From positions 64,001 to 128,000 of the forward strand of contig CAWDPO010000010.1 in NCBI GenBank assembly GCA_963804165.1: DNA of 64,000 nucleotides, given 5' to 3'. Position 1 is the first letter of the stretch. The number at the start of each line of letters is the position of its first letter. Positions 20,153 through 34,393 of this stretch are shown here, one piece after another. The position numbers and the translations under genes are program-made. The stretch comes from an uncultured delta proteobacterium. Its GTDB lineage: Bacteria; Desulfobacterota; Binatia; UBA9968. The notes beneath the pieces were generated by a model, which had not been told where the DNA came from, searched no databases, and was given only the letters and a program-made list of their open reading frames with translations.

Positions 20153-21388
20153 TTACGAAGTAGGCTGCTGCGGCTTGAACGCGTTGTGCTGCCGTTTTTG
20201 CGCCTTGCCTTTAGCCTTGTAAGCGGCTGAAATTTCTCTCAAACGCTTCACCTCTTCGACAACCCGTTGAATGGTGTAGTCGATCTCCTCTGCGGTGTTG
20301 AACCGGCCCAGACCAAAGCGAATGGAGGCATGGGCCAAAGAATCCTCTAAACCGATCGCTTTCAAAACATAAGAAGGCTCGAGACTCGCTGAAGTGCACG
20401 CCGACCCCGTTGACACGGCAATTTCCTTCAACCCCATCATCAAAGACTCGCCGTCGACATAAGCGAAGCTCAAGTTCAAATTGCCCGGCAAGCGCATCGC
20501 GGCATCTCCGTTGATCCGTACGTCATCAAGCTGCTCGAATATCCCAGTTTTTAACCGTTCTCTTAACGCCGTCAGCCGTTCACCCTCGGCACCCATTTCT
20601 TTTTTGGCCAGTTCGCAGGCTTTACCCAAACCGACAATCCCGGGAACGTTCAGAGTACCCGATCTCATGCCGCGCTCATGGCCGCCGCCGTCGATCTGCG
20701 GGGTAATTTTGACCCGCGGTTTCGTCGAGCGCACGAAGAGCGCGCCGATTCCCTTCGGGCCATACATCTTGTGCGCCGTCAGAGACAACAAGTCGATGCC
20801 CATGTCCTCGACGTTAAGTGGAATCTTGCCCACTGCCTGGGTGGCATCACTATGAAAAAGAATACCTTTTTCCTTCGCCAATCGGCCGATTTCCTCTATC
20901 GGTTGGATCGTGCCGATCTCGTTATTCGCCGCCATAATCGAAATCAGAATAGTTTTGTCAGTGAGTGCAGCTCTCAGTCGCTGCAAATCAACAAATCCGT
21001 CTCGACTCACCGGTAAATAGGTAACCTCAAAACCGCTCTTTTCTAAAACCTTGCAACTGTCCAAAACCGCCTTATGCTCGGTCACACAAGTAACAATGTG
21101 ATTGCCCTTTTCGCAGTAGGCGTGCGCCACGCCTTTGATCGCGAGGTTATCAGATTCGGTGGCGCCGCTGGTGAAAACGATCTCTCGCGGCGACGCGGCG
21201 CCGATCAAATTGGCCACCTGCTCGCGCGCGGAGTCGACGGCCGCCTCAGCCTCCCAACCGAAAGCGTGATTCTTGCTCGCTGCGTTGCCGAACTTTTCAG
21301 TAAAGTACGGCAACATAACTTCCATCACGCGCGGTTCCACCGCGGTTGTGGCATTATTATCGAGATAAATAGGGGTACTAATCTTCAT
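20153..21388 (-). CDS. iscS: Cysteine desulfurase IscS
   Basis: [52 protein letters not shown]. Confidence 0.95.
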   Translation of the reverse strand: MKISTPIYLDNNATTAVEPRVMEVMLPYFTEKFGNAASKNHAFGWEAEAAVDSAREQVANLIGAASPREIVFTSGATESDNLAIKGVAHAYCEKGNHIVTCVTEHKAVLDSCKVLEKSGFEVTYLPVSRDGFVDLQRLRAALTDKTILISIMAANNEIGTIQPIEEIGRLAKEKGILFHSDATQAVGKIPLNVEDMGIDLLSLTAHKMYGPKGIGALFVRSTKPRVKITPQIDGGGHERGMRSGTLNVPGIVGLGKACELAKKEMGAEGERLTALRERLKTGIFEQLDDVRINGDAAMRLPGNLNLSFAYVDGESLMMGLKEIAVSTGSACTSASLEPSYVLKAIGLEDSLAHASIRFGLGRFNTAEEIDYTIQRVVEEVKRLREISAAYKAKGKAQKRQHNAFKPQQPTS

Positions 21389-21418
21389 CGGTGCCGTCTC
21401 TGAATTTTAACTCAACCC

Positions 21419-21443
21419 ATTACAGACTAAAATAGTCTGATAT
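21419..21443. promoter_or_regulatory. IscR type-1-like operator
   Basis: Palindrome CAGACTAAAATAGTCTG (21423-21439) matches the GACTRWWWYAGTC core of IscR type-1 sites; lies about 35 nt upstream of iscS. Confidence 0.8.
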
Positions 21444-21444
21444 T

Positions 21445-21473
21445 AAATTAACCAATAATCGGCGCCGAGTCAA
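21445..21473 (-). promoter_or_regulatory. Sigma70-type promoter of the Fe-S operon
   Basis: Minus strand TTGACT - 17 nt - TAATTT immediately upstream of the operator. Confidence 0.6.
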
Positions 21474-21536
21474 CCAACTTATGAGAACTATTAAGTTATT
21501 GGAATATAAAGCTAAACAAAGCCTAAAATAGACCGT

Positions 21537-24059
21537 CTAAGTCCGCTCAAGGGTGTATTTGAGGAATTCGCCGGTGACCGACCTGGCAATCAGAGCGACC
21601 TCCTCAGGCGTTCCTGAGGCGATCACTTCCCCGCCCTGGGGACCGCCATCAGGGCCCAGGTCGATCACATAATCCGCGCTCTTGATGACATCCAGATTAT
21701 GCTCAATCACGACGATAGTATTGCCTAGCTCCTTTAGACGGCTAAGCAGCTCCAAAAGTTTCCTGACATCGTCGAAGTGCAGTCCGCTCGTCGGTTCATC
21801 GAGGACATACAGCGATTGACCAGCAGATTTGCGTGCCAGCTCGCGCGCGAGTTTTACTCGTTGCGCCTCACCCCCCGCAAGCGTCGAGGCCGGCTGGCCG
21901 AGCCGTAGATAACCCAGCCCCACGTCGCGCAATGTTCGCAAACGATCGTAAATCGGCGGAAAATGGTTGAGCAGCTCGAGTGCTTGATCAACGGTCAAGT
22001 CCAAGACGCCGGCGATGCTCAGGCCTTTATACTTGACGTCCAAAGTTTCGCGGTTGAAGCGCCGGCCGCGGCACACCGTGCAGGTTACGAACAATTCGGG
22101 AACGAAGTACATCTCAACGCGGGTCACACCTTCGCCCGCGCAGGCTTCACAGCGTCCACCGCTGACATTGAACGAGAAACGCTCAGGTTTGTAGCCGCGT
22201 ACTCGGGCTTCAGGTAGTTGTGCAAAAAACTCGCGCAGGTGATCGTAAATCCCTGTATAGGTGGCGGGATTCGATCGCGCCGTGCGGCCGATTGGATTCT
22301 GATCAACGCCAATTATTCGGTCGAAGTGTTCCCAGCCGATGAGTTCGGCTTCGGTGGCGTAATTTGTTTTCAACCGCTGCAGCCGTTGTTGCATGCCGCG
22401 ATAGAGCACTTCCATGACGAGCGTGCTTTTCCCGGCGCCGGAGACACCGGTGACACAAACCACGGCACCGATCGGAATCTCCACCGTCAAATTTTTCAAA
22501 TTTCGCGCTCTGGCATTTTTTATGACGAGGACTTTCCCCGTGTCCCTCCGGCGTCGGGGCGGAAGAGGAATCTTCGCGGCACCGGACAAATACCGTCCGG
22601 TGAGAGACCGGTTGTCGCGCAGGATCTCCGCCGGCGTGCCCTGCGCAATGACTTCGCCGCCGCGGTGGCCCGCGCCGGGCCCCATGTCGATAAGATAATC
22701 CGCCGCTGACATTGTTTCGGGGTCGTGCTCGACCACTAACACCGAGTTACCGGCATCACGCAGCTGCTTGAGAAGCTCGAGCAGTTTCGCGTTGTCCTTT
22801 TGGTGCAACCCCATGCTGGGCTCGTCGAGCACATAGAGCACACCCACCATGCCCGAACCTATCTGTGTTGCCAGGCGCACTCGTTGAAGTTCTCCGCCGG
22901 AAAGCGTCGGCGAGGACCGATCCAAGCTCAAGTAATCGAGACCCAGCTCAGCCGCGACACGAAGCCGGCGAATCAACTCGTCGACGATTTTCTCTCCGAC
23001 CATCTTTTGTTCTTCGGAGAATTGGACCTCGGCGAGAAACGCCAACGTCGCGGTGATCGGCCAAGCGGCGATTTCGGAAATGGCGGAGCCGCCAACACGC
23101 GCCGCGCGGCTCTCTTTTTTAAGCCGAGCGCCGCCACATTCCGGGCACGCCACGGCAACGCTGTCTTTGACGCGCTTTCCTTTCCCGACGATCTCGCCCA
23201 AGCCATTGCATCGAACACAAGCACCGTCCGGACTATTGAAGGAAAACAGGCTAGGGGTCATCTCCGGCGCCGTCGCGCCGCAGTTCAAACAAACGAACTT
23301 TTGACTGAATACCAACTCGCGTGCGCCGTCCTTTTCATCTTTCGAAAGAATTCGAATCTTGATCACCTGATCGCCGTGACGCGCCGCCACTTCAACGGAC
23401 TCGGCCAGCCTTTTTCTGATACCCTCACGGAGCACCAGTCGATCGATCACGAGATCGATACGGCTGGCATCGCCGGCGTCCGCTTTGGTCTCACCGCTTA
23501 ACTCGACCATCTGACCGTCGATCATCACGCGGGTGAAACCCTGGCGCGTCAGCTCCGCCAGCCGATCTTGAACTCTCATCGGCGACAACAATGGCATAGG
23601 AGCTAGAACGACAACGCGCGTCTGTTCGGGCAGCGCAAGCAACTGATCGATGATCTGCTCGATCGAGTGAGCTCTGATCTCATGGCCGCATTCGACGCAG
23701 GTTAGCTGGCCTACGCGGAAGAAAAGCAGCCGGAGAAATTCGTAAATACCGGTGATCGTGCCGACCGTGGAACGACGATTAGCTAGGCCGGGTTGCTGCT
23801 GAATGGCGATGGTCGGCGACAGCCCGTCAATGCTGTCGACGTCAGGCTTCTCGATCTGTTGCAGCAGTTGTCGAGCGTCGGTGCCGAGGGATTCGAGATA
23901 GCGCCGGCGACCTTCCGCGTAGAGCGTATCAAAAGCCAACGATGATTTTCCCGAACCGGAGACACCGGTGATGACGACCAGCTGATCGCGCGGAATCTCC
24001 AAGTCGATATTCTTGAGATTATGAACCCGCGCGCCCTTGATGACGATATTGGCCGCCAC
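21537..24059 (-). CDS. uvrA: Excinuclease ABC subunit A-like ATPase (short, 840 aa)
   Basis: GARVHNLKNI, two Walker A motifs, LSGGE/LAGGE, two LDEP motifs, CxxC pairs. Confidence 0.9.
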   Translation of the reverse strand: MAANIVIKGARVHNLKNIDLEIPRDQLVVITGVSGSGKSSLAFDTLYAEGRRRYLESLGTDARQLLQQIEKPDVDSIDGLSPTIAIQQQPGLANRRSTVGTITGIYEFLRLLFFRVGQLTCVECGHEIRAHSIEQIIDQLLALPEQTRVVVLAPMPLLSPMRVQDRLAELTRQGFTRVMIDGQMVELSGETKADAGDASRIDLVIDRLVLREGIRKRLAESVEVAARHGDQVIKIRILSKDEKDGARELVFSQKFVCLNCGATAPEMTPSLFSFNSPDGACVRCNGLGEIVGKGKRVKDSVAVACPECGGARLKKESRAARVGGSAISEIAAWPITATLAFLAEVQFSEEQKMVGEKIVDELIRRLRVAAELGLDYLSLDRSSPTLSGGELQRVRLATQIGSGMVGVLYVLDEPSMGLHQKDNAKLLELLKQLRDAGNSVLVVEHDPETMSAADYLIDMGPGAGHRGGEVIAQGTPAEILRDNRSLTGRYLSGAAKIPLPPRRRRDTGKVLVIKNARARNLKNLTVEIPIGAVVCVTGVSGAGKSTLVMEVLYRGMQQRLQRLKTNYATEAELIGWEHFDRIIGVDQNPIGRTARSNPATYTGIYDHLREFFAQLPEARVRGYKPERFSFNVSGGRCEACAGEGVTRVEMYFVPELFVTCTVCRGRRFNRETLDVKYKGLSIAGVLDLTVDQALELLNHFPPIYDRLRTLRDVGLGYLRLGQPASTLAGGEAQRVKLARELARKSAGQSLYVLDEPTSGLHFDDVRKLLELLSRLKELGNTIVVIEHNLDVIKSADYVIDLGPDGGPQGGEVIASGTPEEVALIARSVTGEFLKYTLERT

Positions 24060-24070
24060 GGCAAACTCGC

Positions 24071-25423
24071 CTAGCCTTGGAGTTCTTTGAGCTTGCTTTC
24101 AATGATGGAGCGGTATTCGTCGAGGGTTTCTTGGCACGATGCTTCGAATCGCAGCACGAGCGCCGGTTCCGTGTTCGACGCGCGAATCAGTCCCCAGCCA
24201 TCGGGAAATTGCACGCGAGCACCGTCGACATCGATGACATCGTAATGTTGGCGAAAATATTCCGTCGCCTTTTCCGCAATCGCAAATTTTTTTTCGTCCG
24301 GGCAATCCACGCGAATCTCTGGCGTCGATACGCTCTTGGGCAGATCGCCGATCAAGCAGGATAACGGTTTTCCCGACTGGGCGAGGATTTCGAGCAAACG
24401 CAGCGACGCATAAATCGCGTCATCGTAACCGAAGTAGCGTTCTTTGAAAAAGATATGCCCGCTCATCTCGCCCCCCAACAGCGCGCGCGTTTCCTTCATC
24501 TTGGCTTTAATCAGGGAATGGCCCGCCTTCCACATGATCGGCCGGCCGCCGTGCTTGGAAACATCGTCGTAAAGGCGCTGCGAGCATTTTACATCGGCGA
24601 TAATCGCCGCACCGGGGTTGCGCTTCAACACATCGCGCGCAAACAGCACCAATAACTCATCGCCCCAAAGGATGTCGCCATTTTCATCCACCACGCCGAT
24701 CCGGTCTGCGTCACCGTCGTAGGCGATGCCCAGATCAGCATTTTCAAGCTTTACCTTCTCGATCAACATTACCAAATTTTGCGGCACGGTCGGATCGGGA
24801 TGATGAAGTGGGAAGGTAGCGTCCGGCACGCAGGCGATCTCCCAGACCCGACAACCCAGTTGTCTGAATATCGGCGGCGCCACGGGACCACCAACTCCGC
24901 TCCCCGCATCGGCTACGATTTTCAGCGGTCGCGCGAGCTTGGGCACGTCGGCAAGCAGATACTTCTGATAGGGCGGCACGATTTCATAGCGCTCTACTTT
25001 ACCGCCCGGCTTCTCGTGAAACGCCTTGCGATCCATCCTCTGGCGAATCTCTTGGATCTGCTGGCCGTAAAGAGTGTCCTTGCCAAGACAGATCTTAAAG
25101 CCATTGTACTCGGACGGATTGTGGCTGGCGGTAATTTGGATTCCGCCGTCGAGACCGAGATGAAACAAGGAAAAATAAAGCAAAGGCGTGGGACAGACCC
25201 CAATGTCGTAGACGTGCAGTCCGGCGGCAACCATCCCGGCAATAACCGCTTCGGCATAAGCATCGGAAGTGGCGCGGCAATCGCGCGCCACGCTGGCCCG
25301 CTTGCCGCCCTTCTCGGCGATCTCGGTGCCATGCACCTTGCCCAGCAACAAAGCAAAGTCTTTGTCGAAATCAATCTCAGCCAAACCCCGGATGTCGTAC
25401 TCGCGAAACACGGCCGGATTCAC
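24071..25423 (-). CDS. Phosphomannomutase/phosphoglucomutase (AlgC-like)
   Basis: FREYDIRG, TASHNP, DGDADR, GEMSGH, RASNTEP. Confidence 0.95.
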   Translation of the reverse strand: MNPAVFREYDIRGLAEIDFDKDFALLLGKVHGTEIAEKGGKRASVARDCRATSDAYAEAVIAGMVAAGLHVYDIGVCPTPLLYFSLFHLGLDGGIQITASHNPSEYNGFKICLGKDTLYGQQIQEIRQRMDRKAFHEKPGGKVERYEIVPPYQKYLLADVPKLARPLKIVADAGSGVGGPVAPPIFRQLGCRVWEIACVPDATFPLHHPDPTVPQNLVMLIEKVKLENADLGIAYDGDADRIGVVDENGDILWGDELLVLFARDVLKRNPGAAIIADVKCSQRLYDDVSKHGGRPIMWKAGHSLIKAKMKETRALLGGEMSGHIFFKERYFGYDDAIYASLRLLEILAQSGKPLSCLIGDLPKSVSTPEIRVDCPDEKKFAIAEKATEYFRQHYDVIDVDGARVQFPDGWGLIRASNTEPALVLRFEASCQETLDEYRSIIESKLKELQG

Positions 25424-26445
25424 TGACTCCTCCGGGCCATGGTGCGGCGCGCCAATCGTGCAGCCAAAACAATCGCTTGCTTCATGCTGCTTTCGTCAGC
25501 CTTGCCGGCGCCCGCGATATCGTAGGCCGTTCCATGATCGACCGATGTGCGAATGAAGGGCGGACCCAATGTGAGCGCGACGCCACCGAAGAAGTGATGC
25601 AGCTTCAGCGGAATCAGGCCTTGGTCGTGGTACATGCAGACGACGGCATCATACTCGCCGCGTGCCGCGAGGTGGAACAGACTATCGGCCGGAAAGGGGC
25701 CGTGGGCCGGAACGCCTTTCTTGCGCGCCGATTGCACGGCGGGTGAGATCACGGTGATTTCTTCGTCGCCAAAAATTCCCTCTTCGCCGCCGTGAGGGTT
25801 TAACGCCGCGACGGCGATGCGCGGCCTGGCGATGCCAAAAAAATCCTTCAGACTGCGGTGTGTCAGCTCCAGAGTTGCTTGGATATTTTCCCGTGTGAGT
25901 TTGCGCGCCACTTGCGTGAAGCGGATGTGACCCGTCACCGGCACCACGCGGAGTTTGGCGCCGATGAGCATCATGCGGCATTCCGCGGTACGGCTAAGCT
26001 CGGCAAACAACTCTGTATGGCCGGGATAATTGTAACCGGCGTCGATCAAGCTGCTCTTGCTGATGGGCGCCGTCGCAATCGCGTCGGCGACTTTTGAGAG
26101 CGCTAGCTTCGCGGCAACGCAGATGTATCTAAATGCGCTGTGGCCGCCGGCGCGAGACGCAACCCCCGGCCGTGATTCCCTGACCGCCAGTGTCGACAAC
26201 GAACAGACGACGTGCGCTGTCCGATGATTGAGCAGAGGCAGAAGCGGTTGACCTTGTTGCCAACAGATGAGGGCCGGGGCATTTCTCTGGCGCCGGCGAG
26301 CTCTTTGCAAGACTCCCCAGTCACCCAAAATCAAGGGTCGTGAGACCTTCTTGATCGCGGGGTCCGCGAGCGCTTTGAGAATGACTTCGGGACCGATTCC
26401 CGCCGGATCGCCCATGGTAACGGCGATGATCGGCCTACTCGACAT
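25420..26445 (-). CDS. pdxA: 4-hydroxythreonine-4-phosphate dehydrogenase
   Basis: MGDPAGIGPE, TAPISK, GHTE, NPHGGE, MYHDQGLIP, RTSVDHGTAYD. Confidence 0.95.
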   Translation of the reverse strand: MSSRPIIAVTMGDPAGIGPEVILKALADPAIKKVSRPLILGDWGVLQRARRRQRNAPALICWQQGQPLLPLLNHRTAHVVCSLSTLAVRESRPGVASRAGGHSAFRYICVAAKLALSKVADAIATAPISKSSLIDAGYNYPGHTELFAELSRTAECRMMLIGAKLRVVPVTGHIRFTQVARKLTRENIQATLELTHRSLKDFFGIARPRIAVAALNPHGGEEGIFGDEEITVISPAVQSARKKGVPAHGPFPADSLFHLAARGEYDAVVCMYHDQGLIPLKLHHFFGGVALTLGPPFIRTSVDHGTAYDIAGAGKADESSMKQAIVLAARLARRTMARRSQ

Positions 26446-26507
26446 AAACGACACAACTCCGCGCCGGAATAACGGGCCACCCACCTGATTATTGCAGCGA
26501 CAAGGGA

Positions 26508-27812
26508 TTATGGCTTTTTTGAAGAAAATGGATTCAACGAATCCAAGATATTTGAGAAGGCCCCTTTCTCAGAATCTTTCTGCGGCGGGGGAGGCGTTAA
26601 AATATCCGGCACATCGTCAGCGGTTTCAGTGGTAAAGAGCGGAACTCCGAGGATGCTGACAACACTTTTTCCGGCCAGTGGACTTTTAGGATCTTCCTCC
26701 TCAAAGGGAGTCTCCTTCACAATATACGAGAACGGATTCAGGTAGCTCATGAAACTGCGATCTTGTCGGCGTGCGGCGCGATTGGAATTGGCCACCAGAG
26801 TACTCATCGTGCCTTCCTTTGAATCTTCTGGTTTGAACGTAACTCCCGCCACTTTGACATCGACTCTGTGCTTACGGCGCAAATCGGTTTTAAGCCATTT
26901 CGCGAAACGTTCATCGAGGGCCTTGTTCAGAAGCTCTTCCTTGATACGCGGAGCAACGCTGCTCAGTGGCAGTACATCGCCGGGCTCGCGCCCTTCGAGT
27001 TTAACGATGTGAATCCCCATATTGGTACGGAACGGCTCGCTCACTTGACCCACCGACAATTTCTCGAACGCCACCTCTTCGATGCCGGCAATCAAAGTGC
27101 CGCGGTTAACCCAGCCGATTTCTCCGCCGGCCGCGCGCCCGGCTCCTTCGGAATTCTCAACGGCTAGAGTCGCGAAATCCTCGCCCGCGAGTATTTTTGC
27201 GTAGATCTCTTTGCCTTTTGCCATGGCGCTTTGAACGCGGTCCGGGGGTGCATTTTCCGCCAGTGGCAATAAAATATGACGAATGCGGGCGCGGTCATTA
27301 CCGCGAAATTTCTTCGCGTTGAGTTTGTAATAGCGTTCCACGTCCTCGTCCGTGACGTTGACTTTGCGCTTAACTTGGCGATCGATGATCTCGCTTTTCT
27401 CCATCTCGGTCTTGACCGACGCTTTATAGTTGGCCAAGTTCTGTCCTTCCCTGCTAAGAGCGACTTTTAGATCCTCATCGGACAAGCGGTTATTTTTTTT
27501 GACTTGTTCGATGTAGCGAGCGACGTCGTCGTCGCTGATGCTGATACCCGACTCCCGGACTTCGGCTTCGAGGAGTTTATCGGTAATAAACTGCTCTAAA
27601 ACCTCACGGTCGGTGGCGTTGATCTGATCGAGGTTCCCAGTGGGGAAAGCGCGCCCCATTTTGGTTTTCGCATACGTGTTCAAGCTGGACAGCGTATAGG
27701 GCTCGCCATTGATCACGACCAGTAGTTGCTCGACGACCCCGGCGCAAACACAATGTGGAATAACAAGGAAGAAAAATACCAAGAGGCTATTTTTAATGGC
27801 ATGCCTCAGCAT
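26508..27812 (-). CDS. surA: SurA-like periplasmic chaperone/parvulin PPIase
   Basis: Signal peptide, SurA N-domain, parvulin motifs RHIL, GEDFATLA, GGEIGW, VSEPFRT.GIHIVK; mfd-surA-pdxA synteny. Confidence 0.85.
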   Translation of the reverse strand: MLRHAIKNSLLVFFFLVIPHCVCAGVVEQLLVVINGEPYTLSSLNTYAKTKMGRAFPTGNLDQINATDREVLEQFITDKLLEAEVRESGISISDDDVARYIEQVKKNNRLSDEDLKVALSREGQNLANYKASVKTEMEKSEIIDRQVKRKVNVTDEDVERYYKLNAKKFRGNDRARIRHILLPLAENAPPDRVQSAMAKGKEIYAKILAGEDFATLAVENSEGAGRAAGGEIGWVNRGTLIAGIEEVAFEKLSVGQVSEPFRTNMGIHIVKLEGREPGDVLPLSSVAPRIKEELLNKALDERFAKWLKTDLRRKHRVDVKVAGVTFKPEDSKEGTMSTLVANSNRAARRQDRSFMSYLNPFSYIVKETPFEEEDPKSPLAGKSVVSILGVPLFTTETADDVPDILTPPPPQKDSEKGAFSNILDSLNPFSSKKP

Positions 27813-28086
27813 AAGTATCTCGATCTGAAGTAGGCGAAACGAACAAATAAGTCCAGAAATTAGTTACCACACTCGAATTCAAAAGCCAAACAACCGATAG
27901 ACGGAAAGGTTTACCGCGTAGGGTCCGAAAACCGCAGATGGGCCAATACCGCAAAAAGCGAATGACTGGGGCCATCAGTTCGCGAGCGCTGCTTGTTTCG
28001 ACGTCGCCGCGCTCCGCCTAGCACTCGAAAACACATAGTATCCGGTACGATGCGTCTACCGCAGATGGTCGGCATCCCGTGATCGT

Positions 28087-31631
<3,545 letters not shown>

Positions 31632-31635
<4 letters not shown>

Positions 31636-32000
31636 GAGAAAAAACTAAATCTTTGAAGTTGGATTTTCGGGATGGTTGACACCGAAGGCTTCGAGCCGCC
31701 GGCGGCCGCGGCCTTCGCCCACGCCTCGGCAGCTTGGCAAAGTTCTTTTACGCGAATCTCTAGAAAAGCGGGTTGATAATTCTCAAAGCGGATCAACGCT
31801 TGGTAGATCATCCGAACCGGACCTTTGACCTCGCCAAAATCGCAAAACAGACGGAACGCTGCCGCGAGTTGAACCAACCCTTCGAGAAATGGTTTATCGG
31901 CTGGCTCCGCTTGCTGATAAAAACCTTCTAAGACTTCGTGACATTCGAAGAATCGGCGATCATTAAACAGACCCACACCCTCTCGCAACCGAGCGTCCAT
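31632..32000 (-). CDS. DUF309 family protein
   Basis: GVGLFNDRRFFECHEVLE..FLEGLVQLAAA motif; ATGA overlap with mfd. Confidence 0.8.
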
Positions 32001-32080
32001 ACGAATCCGTGGAATCTAAAATTATCAGCTTATCTACAGGGCCTCAAGGACGGAAATGATAGGCAGCACTGACGTCATAG

Positions 32081-33322
32081 CTATTTTTGCTGACTTGCCC
32101 AGAGGCGCTTGTCATAGTTCGCCACGGCGGGAACCGCCGCGAGCCAGATACAAATGTCCGAGACCGACAATACCAATGCCGACAAGCCAAAGGAAACCAG
32201 GTAGCTCCCGGTCCAATCGTGAAACACACCGCCCAGCCATGAGCCCAGCGCGCCGCCCACACCCACGGCAACTGTTGAATAGCCGAGAATCGAGCCAAAA
32301 CCCTTTCCGGAGAAAATGTCCGCGGTGAGCGCCGAAAAAATCACCGCGCGCGAGCCGAAGCCGATGCCGAAAAAAATCACATAGACGTAAAGTAACCAGA
32401 CTTGACTCGGATCACGTAGAAGCATCAGCGCGCCGACACCGACGATGGTCATCAGGATATTGAGCGTATAGGCGGCCTGCTTCGATAACCGATCGGCGAT
32501 AAAGCCGAAAATCACCCTGCCGAAGCTGCTCGTGATACCGGCGAGTCCGAAAATCGAGGCGGACAACAGTTTGCTGAACCCCACGTCCACCACATGAGCG
32601 ACCTGATGGGTGACGATAACCGTCGTTCCCGACGCGGCCGCGATGCGCGCGATGAACAGCAGCCAGAACTGCAGGCTCTGCAGCGCCAGGCGCGCGGTCC
32701 ATTGATTTTGATTGTCTTTCTTGTCAACTCGGTGTCGCAGATGTTCGCCGTGCGGGCCGTGCTGATAGAAAAGCCAAACGACCGGCAAGAGGCCGACTAA
32801 AACGATGGCGGCGAAAATTTCAAAGGTGAAGGCCCAACCGTAGTTGGAAATCAACCACTCGCTAAGCGGCGCGAGGAGCATGATTCCGAGTCCGGTGCCG
32901 GCATAGACGAAACCGATCGCCGATGCGCGCTTGGAAGAAAACCATTCAGAGATCAAGAACACATGGGGCACCATGCCGACGAAGGTAAAACCGATAGCGA
33001 GAATAATGCCGAAGCAGACGTACAACTGCCACAGCGCCGTAACTTGACTACTGAGCAAGAGACCGACGACAAGCGTCAGACAGCCGGCGACGGAGATTTT
33101 CTTGGTGCCATAGCGATCCAAGAGATAGCCCACCACCGGCGACAGCAGCGCATCGACGGCGAGCACGACCGAGAATATGCCCGCCGTCGCGCCGCGGCTC
33201 CAGCCAAACGTGTCCAGCAACGCGACATTAAAAACGCCAAAGGAAGAATGAATTCCGCGGGAAAAACCGAGAACGACGAATGCGATCGTAGCGACGATCC
33301 AAGGTGTCGGCGAGAGACGCAT
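32081..33322 (-). CDS. MFS transporter (MCT/OFA-like)
   Basis: About 12 TM helices; GYLLDRYGTKK motif A; GVFHDWTGSY. Confidence 0.9.
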   Translation of the reverse strand: MRLSPTPWIVATIAFVVLGFSRGIHSSFGVFNVALLDTFGWSRGATAGIFSVVLAVDALLSPVVGYLLDRYGTKKISVAGCLTLVVGLLLSSQVTALWQLYVCFGIILAIGFTFVGMVPHVFLISEWFSSKRASAIGFVYAGTGLGIMLLAPLSEWLISNYGWAFTFEIFAAIVLVGLLPVVWLFYQHGPHGEHLRHRVDKKDNQNQWTARLALQSLQFWLLFIARIAAASGTTVIVTHQVAHVVDVGFSKLLSASIFGLAGITSSFGRVIFGFIADRLSKQAAYTLNILMTIVGVGALMLLRDPSQVWLLYVYVIFFGIGFGSRAVIFSALTADIFSGKGFGSILGYSTVAVGVGGALGSWLGGVFHDWTGSYLVSFGLSALVLSVSDICIWLAAVPAVANYDKRLWASQQK

Positions 33323-33524
33323 GTTGAAGAAGATCTCCTCTGATTAGCAGAGACCCTAGAGAGCCACAAGGCGATCAAGAACTCGGCGCAAAAAGACGCG
33401 TCGGCAAAAAATCTCCACGGCGTCCATTGCCCAGGCCTCGATTGAAATAAGGCTGCGCTGCATGAAAGGCGCAATGATTAAGTTGTGTTTTGTCCGGGCT
33501 GCGCTTATCCTATGCAAGCGAGTT

Positions 33525-34367
33525 ATGAAGTCTTCTCGTTTGGCGGTCGCGCTCCTGTTCATGGCGGCCTGCGCGACCTTAGAGTCGCAAAGCGATTTCT
33601 TGACCGGGCGACGCGCGTTATTGCGCGGCGAGCCTGATAACGCGCTCTCTGCCTTCGATCGAGTCGCACAGAGTAATGCCAGCTTTGTTGCCGGTTCGGT
33701 GTCGCCAAGACGGAGCATTTGGACTTATATCGGGCGCGCGCACTACAATTCCGGCAGATACGCTGAAGCCAAGGCTGCGTTTGAAAAAGCCCTGTCCCAA
33801 CTAAGCGACGATCATGTCGCAAGATTATATCTCGGCTTGACGCTCCTGCATCCACCCGCTCCGCGCGCGCCGACCAAAGCTTTCAGCTTGCAAGAAGTGA
33901 CTTACGCTCTGCGCGAAGGCGTCGAGCCCAAGAGAGTCGCAACGTTGGCACGCGAGCGCGGCGTCGCGTTTGATTTAACTAAAGAAACCGAAAGCCAATT
34001 GCAAACCGTCGGCGCCGACCAACTACTCCTGAGCGAGCTCAGAAACATTCGGGCGCAGAGTGCCAAACAAAACCAGACAGGCGAAAACCAGAGGGCTCAA
34101 GCCGGCAAAGAACTGACCGCCGCACTGACGGGGTTGCGCGATTGGCTCGACTATACGGTTGCGTACACGCCGCAGGGAAAGTTCTGGGATCCGTCGGAGC
34201 AGATTCGCAAGCAGATCGCGCTCTCTCTCAAGCTGGTCGGGGCTCAGCCGACAGATTGGGTGAGCCTGATTTCAAATGCCGAATCGGTCGGTTCCATGCT
34301 CGAAGAAGAAAACGATCGGGCGCGCCGCGATGAATCCGCGGAACGCGAACGGCAGTTAAGACGATAG
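33525..34367 (+). CDS. Tetratricopeptide-repeat lipoprotein
   Basis: Lipobox-like FMAAC; TPR-like WTYIGRAHYNSGRYAEAKAAFEKAL..ARLYLG. Confidence 0.7.
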   Translation: MKSSRLAVALLFMAACATLESQSDFLTGRRALLRGEPDNALSAFDRVAQSNASFVAGSVSPRRSIWTYIGRAHYNSGRYAEAKAAFEKALSQLSDDHVARLYLGLTLLHPPAPRAPTKAFSLQEVTYALREGVEPKRVATLARERGVAFDLTKETESQLQTVGADQLLLSELRNIRAQSAKQNQTGENQRAQAGKELTAALTGLRDWLDYTVAYTPQGKFWDPSEQIRKQIALSLKLVGAQPTDWVSLISNAESVGSMLEEENDRARRDESAERERQLRR

Positions 34368-34393
34368 CCCGATTTGCCTGCGGCGGCGATGGA

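Noticed and set aside
27813-28086. Possible ncRNA in the mfd-surA gap (also 35846..36302)
   Set aside because: No recognisable tRNA, riboswitch or stable structure by eye; an Infernal scan would be needed
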